This document shows, piece after piece, positions 1 through 12,452 of a stretch of DNA of 64,000 nt. Origin of the DNA: Tubulanus polymorphus (lineage: Eukaryota > Animalia > Nemertea); the NCBI RefSeq assembly GCF_964204645.1, contig NC_134033.1:5480231-5544230 (forward strand), in the 5' to 3' direction. The translations under genes and the position numbers were made by a program. Position 1 is the stretch's first letter, and the number at the start of each line of letters is the position of its first letter. A model generated the notes under the pieces. It was not told where the DNA came from, searched no databases, and saw only the letters and a list, made by a program, of their open reading frames with translations.

Positions 1-290
1 TGTCGCGGGCGATAAAACAAAATTAATGAATTATCGCGGGCGATAAAACCAAAATATTGAAGTGTGGCAGGCGATAAAACTGCGACAAAAAGAGAAAAAA
101 ATTGTCGCGGGCGATAAAACCAAAATAATGAATTGTCGCGGGCCATAAAACCAAAATAATGAATTGTCGAGGGCGACAAAACCAAAATTATTGTTTTGTC
201 GCATTATTTTAGTTTTGTCGTTTTGTCATAATGTCGCCCTCATTTGCATATACGTGTTTTTTTTACGCATGGCCCTTATCAGCCATCATA
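1..290. mobile_element. Right arm of a non-autonomous DNA transposon (MITE) with ~31-bp subterminal repeats; runs off the window start
   Basis: Tandem TGTCGCGGGCGATAAAACCAAAA-type motifs at 1-190. The terminus ATCAGCCATCATA (278-290) has reverse complement TATGATGGCTGAT, which matches the TIR of the MITE at 17594 (TATGGTGGCTGAT) at 12/13 positions. Confidence 0.55.
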
Positions 291-311
291 CTAAAGCCTT
301 AAGGTCTCGTA

Positions 312-652
312 AAACTCGATAAACACTTCAAGCGACACAGCGAACGATCTCCTTTCCCCCACAGCGAACGCTTAACCTAGTAGAGGCTACTAGCCTATGT
401 AGGCCTATGTATATGCGTAGGCCTAACATCCGGACAGATTGGTCGTAGGCCTATTGAATTTAACAACCCACCTAAATATCGTAAATTTTGTTTTGAAGTT
501 CAATCCAATGAGTCCGTTAGTAAACGCAACAATTGTACTGTGTTTGTTTGAGACAGTAAAGCTCAGTACCGGTAGGCCTAAAGCCGCGTCAAACTCGATA
601 AACACTTCAAGCGACACAGCGAACGATCCCTTTCCCCCACAGCGAACGCTTA
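312..652. repeat. ~62-bp direct repeat (312-374 and 591-652)
   Basis: AAACTCGATAAACACTTCAAGCGACACAGCGAACGATC..CTTTCCCCCACAGCGAACGCTTA occurs twice. Confidence 0.8.
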
Positions 653-1175
653 CTCCGAATGTCAAGTGTGAGTCCAGCATACGGAAAGGATTATGTGTTA
701 TATACTTGTATTTAGTAAATACCTTGTGCATTTGACAATGATCGGTATGTACTGTAGGAAATATAGAGTATTGATGGTATTGATATAGAGGTTGAAGCCC
801 GCGGCCGAATAAAGTAATATATTCTTTTATTTTGATACCTCGTCGACATAACAGCTTTTCTCCGCTATATCTCTTCGGCGTGTTTAGTTTAGGCCTACGA
901 TTCCTCGGTACACTAAAGATTTATCTTAGTAAATATTCGGTTAATTCGGTAAAGAAAAATAGGTATTGTTATACTAACTCCTTGAAACCCGCAGCCAAAT
1001 TACTGGTAGTAATAAATTAATTTGTACTCGATTTGATTCTCATGATGAGGAGAAACTCGCAGCTGATCCCCGCGGAACGACGATGTAGTAACACACAGTA
1101 ACTTCGTCTCAAATCCAACAGATAATAATGTACAATGGAAATTCTACAAAATTTGGAAAAAAAATGAAAATCACG

Positions 1176-4084
1176 CACAGAAAATAATTGGAATAGTTTA
1201 CAAACCCCCAGCATCAAACACCCATCAATTTTTACAAGCTTTGGAAACGGAAATCGCTAAACTCAGTTCCTTGAATACAGATATCCTCATCTGTGGAGAC
1301 TTTAATATTGACCTGATAAAAACAAATCAAGAAAATTATAGCTCTCTTTTTTTCGAATTACTTAGCACAAACTCATTTACTCCACTCATTACCCTGCCAA
1401 CTAGAGTCACTCACCGAAGTGCCACTCTAATTGACAACATATTTACTAACTCACATAACTATTACTCGGGCATCCTTACAACACCACTCTCGGACCATTT
1501 TATCACTTTTGCGTGTAGTCACAGGACAAAACGAAAACCCAATAATAAACAAACATACACAAAAAATTTTATCAGTGAACAAGGATTTAACAATATATGT
1601 GATAAACTCAGCGATATTGACTTCCCAACACTCCTAAACAACAACCTTTCAATTAACGAAACATTCGAATCATTTTCAGCGACCTTAAGCACAATAATTA
1701 ATTCAGAAACCACTTCAAAAAAACTGAAACAAAACAAATACAACACACCAAGAAGCCCATGGATAACTAAAGGCATAATTCAATCGATCTACAACAAAGA
1801 TAAAAAATACATACACCTAATGTCTATAAAAAATGAAATCCTACGTGTTATCGAACTACACAACTTCAAAACATACAGAAACAAACTTAACTCAATCATT
1901 AGACTTTCCAAAAAACTTCACTACCAAAAATCCTTAAAAATAGCAAACGGCAACATAAAAGACACCTGGAAAATCCTGAGGGAAGTAATCGGGAAAACTA
2001 ATAATAAACAAGACATTACACACTCATTCAAAATTAACAACATTAAGACTACCGACCCAATCAAAATTGCCAACTCTTTTAACAATCACTTCAATCAAAT
2101 TGGTGAACATCTAGCAAATGAACTTCCCTTGTCTCAAATGCCATCTCAACACTACCTGAACAATTTACCTAGATCCGACTCTAACTTCTTCCTCATGCCA
2201 GTGTGCGAAAGAGAAGTCATAGAAACTATAAATAATCTCAAAACAAAACACTCAAGTGGTCATGACAACATTTCCACATACACCCTACAGAGAATCATCA
2301 ACCACATATCATACCCTCTAACTTGCCTTTTAAATCAATCCTTCTCAACAGGCAAATTCCCCGACTTACTTAAAATAGCTAAAATAACACCTTTACATAA
2401 AAAAGGTGACATAAACCTGATCGAAAATTATCGACCCATTTCACTACTAAATTCACTTTCCAAAATCTACGAAAAACTTGTACATAAACGACTATCTAAA
2501 TTCATTGACAAACACCTTTTTCCTAACCAATATGGTTTCCGACACAGCCATTCAACCGAACATGCAATACTCGAACTCATAGACAGAATTTCTAACTCAC
2601 TAAATAACCATGAATGGACAATCGGCATTTTCCTGGACCTTTCGAAGGCTTTTGACACTCTTAACCACGATATACTACTAGATAAACTTGAACATTACGG
2701 CATCCGAGGAATAGCAAGAGATTGGTTTTCCTCATATCTTTCTAATCGTCAACAATACGTTTCGTACAAATCCTACAACTCCTCTACACTATCCTCAAAC
2801 ATCGGTGTACCCCAGGGTTCCATCCTAGGTCCACTTCTCTTTCTAATTTACATCAATGATATCTATGCCTCCACGGTAAACATGAAGTACATATTATTCG
2901 CTGACGATACAAATTGCATTGCTTCTCATACACACCTCAACACACTCATACAGTATATTAATTATGACCTAAACATATTGAATGACTGGCTTATCGCTAA
3001 TAAACTAACCCCTAATCTGAACAAAACTAAATATATCATATTTCATAATTATCAGAGAAGACCATTCATAAACCACATACAACAAATCAAAATAGGCAAC
3101 TTTGAACTTGAAAGAGTAAAACAAAAAGATTTCCTCGGCTTGACAATACATGAAAATCTGAACTGGAAACCACATATCGACAAAATACACAAGAAAATTT
3201 CACAAATTACTGGTATCATAAACAAAACTAAAAACATCCTAGACACACAAAATTTACTTTCTCTTTACTACACCTTAGTCTATCCTCATTTGAACTATGG
3301 CTTGTTGGCTTGGGGCCACTCGCCTTATAATAAAAAATGCCTCCTAATCCAAAAGAAGATTGTTCGAATAATCACCAACTCTAAGTACACTGCACACACA
3401 GACCCACTTTTTAAAAATCTTGAAATCCTCAAAATCAATGATGTCCTCATCCTTAAAACTGCACTTTTTATTCAAAACACCATCAAATCTTCACCCCATT
3501 ACTTTTCTAATTACTTCACCGCGGAAAACTTATCTCCTTTAGTCAACATCAGAAAAAGCATATATTTAGACCACGCATATTCTTTATTTTCAAAACAAAC
3601 ACCGCCAACCCCGCATCAAAATTCACCTCAAAACATTCTTTCAAACATCTGGCAAAAACTACCTTTTTCCAATGATATCCTACAAACAAGCAAACAAAAT
3701 TTAAAACGTAAACTCAGACCATATCTCACCTCCACCTACAATGATATCCATCAATGTAATAACCCTAATTGTTATAATTGCTCACTCTCCTGAACCCTCT
3801 AGCTTACTCATATAAACTCTCCTGAAATTATCAAAAATCATCAACTTTCATTTCCTTCCACTTTATTTCTTCATTTCCCTTTCGTTTTTATTCCCTGGGT
3901 GCTTGCGACAGCGGCCTAAAGGCTTTGCTTGGCCCACACTGAAAGCTACTGTTCTCTCTCGCTTTTTATAATTGTGCTTTGTTTAAAAAAATTGTAAATT
4001 CTATTGTTTGTTTTCTCTCAACCTGTGTACATAGCCTATCATGCTTTCTGTGAAATAAATTTGAACTTGAACTTGAACTTGAAC
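1176..4084 (+). mobile_element. 5'-truncated non-LTR retrotransposon, CR1/L2 group (Crack/Daphne-like)
   Basis: The frame is open from ~1184 (IIGIVYKPP) through APE and RT. AATAAA at 4054-4059 is followed by a (TTGAAC)4 tail at 4061-4084. Possible short TSD (C)ACG at 1172-1175 and 4084-4087. Confidence 0.92.
1241..3793 (+). CDS. LINE ORF2 (C-terminal part of AP endonuclease + reverse transcriptase), N-terminally truncated
   Basis: APE motifs GDFNID, PTRVT, LIDNIF, SDH. RT motifs [36 protein letters not shown]-terminal CxxxxCxxC. No stops in 850 aa. Confidence 0.93.
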   Translation: METEIAKLSSLNTDILICGDFNIDLIKTNQENYSSLFFELLSTNSFTPLITLPTRVTHRSATLIDNIFTNSHNYYSGILTTPLSDHFITFACSHRTKRKPNNKQTYTKNFISEQGFNNICDKLSDIDFPTLLNNNLSINETFESFSATLSTIINSETTSKKLKQNKYNTPRSPWITKGIIQSIYNKDKKYIHLMSIKNEILRVIELHNFKTYRNKLNSIIRLSKKLHYQKSLKIANGNIKDTWKILREVIGKTNNKQDITHSFKINNIKTTDPIKIANSFNNHFNQIGEHLANELPLSQMPSQHYLNNLPRSDSNFFLMPVCEREVIETINNLKTKHSSGHDNISTYTLQRIINHISYPLTCLLNQSFSTGKFPDLLKIAKITPLHKKGDINLIENYRPISLLNSLSKIYEKLVHKRLSKFIDKHLFPNQYGFRHSHSTEHAILELIDRISNSLNNHEWTIGIFLDLSKAFDTLNHDILLDKLEHYGIRGIARDWFSSYLSNRQQYVSYKSYNSSTLSSNIGVPQGSILGPLLFLIYINDIYASTVNMKYILFADDTNCIASHTHLNTLIQYINYDLNILNDWLIANKLTPNLNKTKYIIFHNYQRRPFINHIQQIKIGNFELERVKQKDFLGLTIHENLNWKPHIDKIHKKISQITGIINKTKNILDTQNLLSLYYTLVYPHLNYGLLAWGHSPYNKKCLLIQKKIVRIITNSKYTAHTDPLFKNLEILKINDVLILKTALFIQNTIKSSPHYFSNYFTAENLSPLVNIRKSIYLDHAYSLFSKQTPPTPHQNSPQNILSNIWQKLPFSNDILQTSKQNLKRKLRPYLTSTYNDIHQCNNPNCYNCSLS

Positions 4085-4622
4085 ACGTTGATTCGTCGAT
4101 GTTCACGGCTCGACAGTGCTTTTAAAATCTAAAGTAGTCAATTTCCAGTGTATCGGTAATATGATTTGATGAGGAAAATGGGCTATTGTTAAAATCACTG
4201 TTTGAAGACCGCGACTGAGTTTGAAGTCTGCGGCAATAAATTAGTTCATTTATACTTGAATTGATAATCGAAGTGACAGTCGGCCTGCGGGTTGATTTCG
4301 GGATGACGACTCGAAAAACATGTCGCCGCATTGAATGGGGCTAAATTTTCGATGTTTACGGCCCGACAGCGCTTTTGTAACGATGATTCGTGAAAAAACA
4401 CGCGGGCTATTTGTAGATCTCAGTGAGCTGAACGATATTATATGGATTGTATATGAAACAGCGGTAAGGTAACAAAGCCTATGTTCTTTTGGTAAAAATA
4501 GTGTGGAAGAAAATAATAATAATAATAATCACGCGGATATCAATAGGGTTTTCTGTGAAATAACAGAAAACCCTAATAATAATCACGCGGATATCAATAG
4601 GGTTTTCTGTGAAAACCCTAAT
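4085..4622 (-). mobile_element. End of a non-autonomous element (Helentron/HINE-like architecture) inserted into the GPCR; probably continues left of the LINE
   Basis: 12-bp-stem hairpin TAGGGTTTTCTG..CAGAAAACCCTA (4544-4575), a duplicated terminal segment (4521-4560 / 4575-4613) and an (ATT)n microsatellite sit exactly where GPCR similarity stops. The family assignment is inference. Confidence 0.5.
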
Positions 4623-5477
4623 GATAAGAACCACTTTTAATATCTTCAGTTCGGTAGATTTTTCAACGGGCGCCGCGGCGTCTGTGTGAAATTGTTTCTT
4701 TCGATTTAGTTTTCTAAACATCATAATTCCGAACAAAGTTAGATTAATCGCAGTTAGAAGCGTAAATGGTCCAATGACAGTCATGAAAAGATAGGAATTC
4801 CGAAGGATGACCGTCGCGATATAGGAATAATATCGAAAAAAAGGTGTCCGAATTGTTGTCACGCCGAAAGCACCCATTGTAAATAAATTATGAAAACAAG
4901 GATCCGTGGCTCTTCCGGGTAAAGATGACGGAAAATAATACGGCCAGAAACAAATGGCGGAAGAAATACCGTTTAAAACTGCCAGAAAAATGATTTGTTT
5001 TTTGTTCCAGAATCGTTCGAAATACAGCGGACTCGCGACAACCAGAAGTCTTTCAAAATTGATTATAACTACGGACCAATTCTTTGCCATTTGAAACGTA
5101 TGAAACAGCGGTAGAACCCAGATTATGAATTCGTGTCCAAAATACCAGTCATCGTAACGGCCGAGAAGTGTGGTGGGATGTAAAAATATGATACCAAATA
5201 TTCGAATCGGATAAAGAAGAAACACTGAAATTAGAAACAGTAAATCAAACCAGGCAAGAACTATTATAGTTTGATAAATATCACGACCGATCTTCCGGAA
5301 AACTATAATAGAAGCAGAGTTTAGAATCATTCCAAAAACTGAAGCAGGAAAATATCCGCATATGTAAAGCTTGTTACTGAAAACGTGATCCCATCGTTGC
5401 GGTGGATGCCCGCAGCCGTCCACATCCTCCCCCGGCAGGGAACCTGATGGCATCGAATTCATCCTCCTAGAATTCAT
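4620..5477 (-). pseudogene. Intronless rhodopsin-class GPCR (FMRFamide-receptor-like), disrupted at the start of TM6
   Basis: TM1-TM5 are present (GMILN, LAWFD, YPIR, NWSVVIINFER..PL, TVIGPF..N). It shares DDW(Y/H)FG(H/V)EFI with the paralog at 15826. After KILKVVLII the ORF (4479-5477) reads into repeat sequence, and TM6/TM7 are missing. Confidence 0.8.
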
Positions 5478-5479
5478 TA

Positions 5480-6352
5480 CCCTCCCTCCCTCCCTCCCTC
5501 CCTCCCTCCCTCCCTCCCTCCCTCCCTCCCTCCCTCCCTCCCTCCCTCCCTCCCTCCCTCCCTCCCTCCCTCCCTCCCTCCCTCCCTCCCTCCCTCCCTC
5601 CCTCCCTCCCTCCCTCCCTCCCTCCCTCCCTCCCTCCCTCCCTCCCTCCCTCCCTCCCTCCTCCCTCCCTCCCTCCCTCCCTCCCTCCCTCCCTCCCTCC
5701 CTCCCTCCCTCCCTCCCTCCCTCCCTCCCTCCTCCTCTCCCTCCCTCCCTCCCTCCCTCCCTCCCTCCCTCCCTCCCTCCTCCCTCCCTCCCTCCTCCCT
5801 CCCTCCCTCCCTCCCTCCCTCCCTCCCTCCTCCCTCCCTCCCTCCCTCCCTCCCTCCCTCCCTCCCTCCTCCCTCCCTCCCTCCCTCCCTCCCTCCCTCC
5901 CTCCCTCCCTCCCTCCCTCCCTCCCTCCCTCCCTCCCTCCCTCCCTCCCTCCCTCCCTCCCTCCCTCCCTCCCTCCCTCCCTCCTCCCTCCCTCCCTCCC
6001 TCCCTCCCTCCCTCCCTCCCTCCCTCCCTCCCTCCCTCCCTCCCTCCCTCCCTCCCTCCCTCCCTCCCTCCCTCCCTCCCTCCCTCCCTCCCTCCCTCCC
6101 TCCCTCCTCCCTCCCTCCCTCCCTCCCTCCCTCCCTCCCTCCCTCCCTCCTCCTCCCTCCCTCCCTCCCTCCCTCCCCTCCCTCCCTCCCTCCCCTCCCT
6201 CCCTCCTCCCTCCCTCCCTCCCTCCCTCCCTCCCTCCCCTCCCTCCCTCCCTCCCTACATCCCTCCCTCCCTACATCCCTCCCTCCCTACATCCCTCCCT
6301 CCCTCCCTCCCTCCCTCCCTCCCTCCCTCCCTCCCTCCCTCCCTCCCTCCCT
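5480..6352. repeat. ~870-bp (CCCT)n / (AGGG)n microsatellite
   Basis: Near-perfect tetranucleotide run beginning 2 bp upstream of the GPCR ATG (CAT at 5475-5477). Confidence 0.97.
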
Positions 6353-9210
6353 GCCGATAAATCTCATAATGCCCGACATGAAAACTCTGCAAAACAGGAA
6401 AAGAATGTCGTAGATTTCGAAACTCCAATACCAATACAATCTTTTAAACATCAACAAACCTTAAACAAAACTCTACAGAATATTACAGAATATTCTGATG
6501 ATGGAACCTGTATAAAAAATCCATCAAAAGGCTAGTTTCAAAAACTAAATCTATTTCATATGGGCCTTAATATTAGACACTATATTGATTCATTAGAAAT
6601 TAAAGACGCAATTAAAATATTAGAAACATTAAATAGTTAGATCGGACCTGCAGTTAATGTTTTTAGATTTTATAAAGGATTAACAATAGAAGCAAATATA
6701 TTGAAATAATGGAAAGAAAATAATAGATTATGTTTCGGATGTTGGATATCCAAAAAATTAGTGTATCTGGAAAAAGTAAGTTTTATCAAATCTGATGAAA
6801 AATGGAATATGATATTCAAACACATTCTGAAGATGTAATTTTCAAAACACAAACTAAAGAGAAATTGGATAAAGTATTTAATGAATTTAAACGTCATATT
6901 GAAGAGAAATATTTTGAGGGTTCTGGGTTATCACTGAATGCAATTATATATTTAGATTTAAATATTCAAAATACAAAAAGGAATAAAACATCAAAAATTA
7001 ATAAAATGTTTCCAAATAAATCCAAATATACAACAGAAAAGAATATTGTAGCATCTTCTTATTTTAAGCTACCATTTATAACAATAGCAGTCATAAATGT
7101 TTAAAATGAAGATAATTAATGTTTTCTATGGTCAATTATTAGTTGTTTGCATCCAACAGAATATATTACACATAGTATTAGAATAACGGATTATCGGAAA
7201 TATGAATCATAATATAAAATTGATCAAATTCCAGTAACTATAAAAATGATTCCTAAAATAGAAAAATTTAATAATCCAAAATATATATATTCGAATTGAT
7301 GCAGTTACAAGAGACAAAAGGTAAAAATATATCAAAGATTATGCATTAGAAGCTTTATATTTAATAGAAAAGTGTGATGATGATAATGTAGTGGATTCAT
7401 TATATCATAGAAAATGATGAAGATGAACAGATTTATTATTTAGATCGGACTATGTAGAAAATGTTTGTCTAAATTCATGACATAAAATGCATTATCAAAA
7501 CATACGAATATGTGTGATTATAAAGATTTTGGTAAATTAATTATGCCAACAGAAAATGATTATAAATTGAAATTAAAAATGATGAATTTACTAACGTTTA
7601 AGCACTAACGTTTCAACGGTAGAAAATGTTATTATTTCAACGATAGAAATACCAACAAAAGATATGAATCATAGATATGCAAATTCAATATTATATTATC
7701 TAACTGTTAATAATAATATAGCTGATATTTCAGGAGTAAACATTAATAAGTATAATAAATCAGAAAATAATGAATTAGTTAAAACTTCAGTTATATTCTG
7801 CGATTATATAACGCTGTATAAAATCATTTCAGAAAAATAAATTACTAAAGAAAATATTACAATTTTGCTTATCTAAAATCTGAGAAATACGGAAACGTCC
7901 TGGGGACATGAGAAAAAAAGTTTCTTCTTCTGATTTATGAATTAAGAAAAAAGATTCAGATCTTTTTTGATGAGATATAGCTCGTCAGAAAATCGATTTA
8001 GTAATTGAAATGATTTTTTACCCATTTACCGACGAGATATAACTCGTCAAAAAATCAAACGCTTTTCCATAAATTCATGAATACATTTAGAATCACGAAA
8101 CACAGCCTTCCTGGGGCTATCTTTTCGAATTAAAACAATTCCTTTGATTTTAGAATCAAAAAACAGAAATACATAAGATTTTCGAATAAAGAAAACGCGA
8201 TATATGAATTACGAAATGGAGATACGTTCGATTTATGAATGAAGAGAAAGATTAAACGTTATGAAATTAAAGAATTTTTCATTTACAAATTTAAGTAATA
8301 GTATTTTCACAGTTATTTTCTTCATTATCTGGATTCTTGCTATAGGAAAAACCTTTGATTTCAAATATTTTTCGATTGTCTTATCCGGTAATTTTAGGAA
8401 CATAATGCATTTTCAATGTGAATTTCGAGGATATAGTGTTCCCTAAATTCAAATATAGGAGCCTTCACTGTTTTGAATTATGCTTTAAATTTGTAAATGA
8501 AATTGTCTTTTTCTGAATGAAAATTCGTTTATAAACCTTCTTGACTTTCTTCAATTTGAGACAATTTTGATGTTATTCTTTGCTTTCTTTCGATAATTTT
8601 TAATTGCTTCATCTTAGTTGATTTTAACTTTGATTTTAACTTTAGATTTAATATTATATCTCTTTTTTAATGTTATAAATTAAATTCCTGTTTCCTTTGA
8701 GTTGAACCTTGAAATATCTTGTTTCCACGTGGTTAACATTGAATTAGATCATGGAATAACTACAGATCCTTCATTTTTGGATTACTTTTTAACTTCAATA
8801 ACACATTATCGTAAACATTGATAATATTAGTAAATATGATAATTCACTTATATCATTACTCATTCTAGATATACATCCTGTACATTTTCTTGTTGATAGA
8901 TTACTAAACTAACAAAATTAGAAACATATTTCAACGGTATTATAAATACGCACAGTTTGTTTAACACAGCAAATAATGCTTTTAATTAGAGGTATGCAGG
9001 TAGTATGATAGATATTTTCTTTTGAACATCCGATTTAAAAGTTTCTAACAGTTTAATTCCTTGTCTTGATGAAATACTTGTCATTTCGACTCTAATTAAT
9101 CCTGTTTCAATTGATTTTTCAAATGATCCTTCCAACCATTTTTTATAACAATTTATGTAACTCATTAGATTTGAACCAGAAACTGAATTAATTTTGACGC
9201 GATTCGAAGA
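6353..9210. mobile_element. Decayed Maverick/Polinton-like (adintovirus-like) remnant; + strand PolB N-terminal region at ~6800-7580
   Basis: Translation EGSGLSL..IYLDLNI..SSYFKLP..AVINV*NEDN*CFLWSIISCLHP, then CRKCLSKF..H...C..IMP. This matches the GSG..SSY.LP..IN.kN.Dn.CF.W..LHP signature that precedes protein-primed PolB in Maverick-like elements. In-frame stops and frameshifts. Very AT-rich, with further decayed minus-strand coding-like DNA at 8300-9200. Confidence 0.65.
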
Positions 9211-9244
9211 CCCACCGAAAGTATACAGGTAACGTGGTATACAT

Positions 9245-9475
9245 ATATACTGGTTGACGGGTGACCGGTTGACCGCTTGACTGGGTTGACTGATTGACTG
9301 GATGACTGGTTGACTAGTGACTGGCTGACTGGATTAATGTGTGACCGGATGACTGGATGAATGGTCGACTGGGTGACTTGGTGACTGGATCGCTGGAAGA
9401 CTGCAAGACTCGTCGACTGAATGACTGTGTGACTGGATTACTGGATGACTGACCGTCTTGTCGACTGCATGTCCA
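9245..9475. repeat. GACTG-rich low-complexity arm (inverted counterpart at 15155-15444)
   Basis: Repeated (T)GACTG(G) motifs on the + strand. Confidence 0.7.
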
Positions 9476-9564
9476 GTTTTCTGCCTAGGTACCATCATCC
9501 TCATATCAACAATCACCTTGTAAAGCATCATCATCATCTTCATTACCTCCAGCAAAACTTCCGT

Positions 9565-12440
9565 CATCGCCGTCGTCTCCACCATATACACCATCACGCC
9601 ACCATCATTACCACCATAACATCACCTCCACCTTCATCTCTATCACCATCAACCCCCTCGTCTTCACCATAAACACCATCACTCCACCAGCATTACCACC
9701 ATAACATCACCTCCACCTTCATCTCTATCACCATCATCGCCGTCGTCTTCACCATAAACACCATCACTCCACCAGCATTACCACCATAACATCACTTCCA
9801 CGTTCATCTCTATCACCATCATCGCCGTCGTCTTCACCATAAACACCATCACTCCACCAGCATTACCACCATAACATCACCTCCAGCTTCATCTCTATCA
9901 CCATCATCGCCGTCGTCTTCACCATAAACACCATCACTCCACCAGCATTACCACCATAACATCACCTCCAGCTTCATCTCTATCACCATCATCGCCGTCG
10001 TCTTCACCATAAACACCATCACTCCACCAGCCTTACCATTATAACATCACCTCCAGCTTCATCTCTATCACCATTATCGCCGTCGTCTTCACCACAAGCA
10101 CCATCACTCCACCAGCATTACCACCATAACATCACCTCCAGCTTCATCTCTATCACCATCATCGCCGTCGTCTTCACCATAAACACCATCACTCCACCAG
10201 CATTACCACCATAACATCACCTCCAGCTTCATCTCTATCACCATCATCGCCGTCGTCTTCACCATAAACACCATCACTCCACCAGCATTACCACCATAAC
10301 ATCACCTCCAGCTTCATCTCTATCACCATTATCGCCGTCGTCTTCACCACAAACACCACCACTCCACCAGCATTACCACCATAACATCACCTCCAGCTTC
10401 ATCTCTATCACCATCATCGCCGTCGTCTTCACCATAAACACCATCACTCCACCAGCATTACCACCATAACATCACCTCCACCTTCATTTCCACCACCATC
10501 ATCGCCGTCGTCTTCACCATAAACACCATCACTCCACCAGCATTACCACCATAACATCACTTCCACCTTCATCTCTATCACCATCATCGCCGTCGTCTTC
10601 ACCATAAACACCATCACTCCACCAGCATTACCACCATAACATCACCTCCAGCTTCATCTCTATCACCATCAACCCCCTCGTCTTCACCATAAACACCATC
10701 ACTCCACCAGCATTACCACCATAACATCACTTCCACCTTCATCTCTATCACCATCATCGCCGTCGTCTTCACCATAAACACCATCACTCCACCAGCATTA
10801 CCACCATAACATCACCTCCAGCTTCATCTCTATCACCATCATCGCCGTCGTCTTCACCATAAACACCATCACTCCACCAGCATTACCACCATAACATCAC
10901 CTCCAGCTTCATCTCTATCACCATCATCGCCGTCGTCTTCACCATAAACACCATCACTCCACCAGCCTTACCATTATAACATCACCTCCAGCTTCATCTC
11001 TATCACCATTATCGCCGTCGTCTTCACCACAAGCACCATCACTCCACCAGCATTACCACCATAACATCACCTCCAGCTTCATCTCTATCACCATCATCGC
11101 CGTCGTCTTCACCATAAACACCATCACTCCACCAGCATTACCACCATAACATCACCTCCAGCTTCATCTCTATCACCATCATCGCCGTCGTCTTCACCAT
11201 AAACACCATCACTCCACCAGCATTACCACCATAACATCACCTCCAGCTTCATCTCTATCACCATTATCGCCGTCGTCTTCACCACAAACACCACCACTCC
11301 ACCAGCATTACCACCATAACATCACCTCCAGCTTCATCTCTATCACCATCATCGCCGTCGTCTTCACCATAAACACCATCACTCCACCAGCATTACCACC
11401 ATAACATCACCTCCACCTTCATTTCCACCACCATCATCGCCGTCGTCTTCACCATAAACACCATCACTCCACCAGCATTACCACCATAACATCACTTCCA
11501 CCTTCATCTCTATCACCATCATCGCCGTCGTCTTCACCATAAACACCATCACTCCACCAGCATTACCACCATAACATCACCTCCAGCTTCATCTCTATCA
11601 CCATCAACCCCCTCGTCTTCACCATAAACACCATCACTCCACCAGCATTACCACCATAACATCACCTCCACCTTCATTTCCACCACCATCATCGCCGTCG
11701 TCTTCACCATAAACACCATCACTCCACCAGCATTACCACCATAACATCACTTCCACCTTCATCTCTATCACCATCATCGCCGTCGTCTTCACCATAAACA
11801 CCATCACTCCACCAGCATTACCACCATAACATCACCTCCAGCTTCATCTCTATCACCATCATCGCCGTCGTCTTCACCATAAACACCATCACTCCACCAG
11901 CATTACCACCATAACATCACTTCCACGTTCATCTCTATCACCATCATCGCCGTCGTCTTCACCATAAACACCATCACTCCACCAGCATTACCACCATAAC
12001 ATCACCTCCAGCTTCATCTGTATCACCATCATCGCCGTCGTCTTCACCATAAACACCATCACTCCACCAGCAATACCACCATAACATCACCTCCAGCTTC
12101 ATCTCTATCACCATTATCGCCGTCGTCTTCACCACAAACACCATCACTCCACCAGCATTACCACCATAACATCACCTCCAGCTTCATCTCTATCACCATC
12201 ATCGCCGTCGTCTTCACCATAAACACCATCACTCCACCAGCATTACCACCATAACATCACCTCCACCTTCATCTCTATCACCATCATCGCCGTCGTCTTC
12301 GCCATAAACACCATCACTCCACCAGCATTACTACCATAACATCATCTTCACCTTCATCTCTATCAACATCATCGCCGTCGTCTTCAACATAAACACCATC
12401 ACTCCACCAGCATTACCACCATAACATCACTCCCACCTTC
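9565..12440. repeat. 85-bp CAC/CAT-rich tandem satellite, ~34 units; resumes at 14668-14830
   Basis: Unit CGTCGTCTTCACCATAAACACCATCACTCCACCAGCATTACCACCATAACATCACCTCCAGCTTCATCTCTATCACCATCATCGC. Period 85 (10081, 10166; 11101-10081=12x85). Confidence 0.97.
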
Positions 12441-12452
12441 TGTCAATACCTT

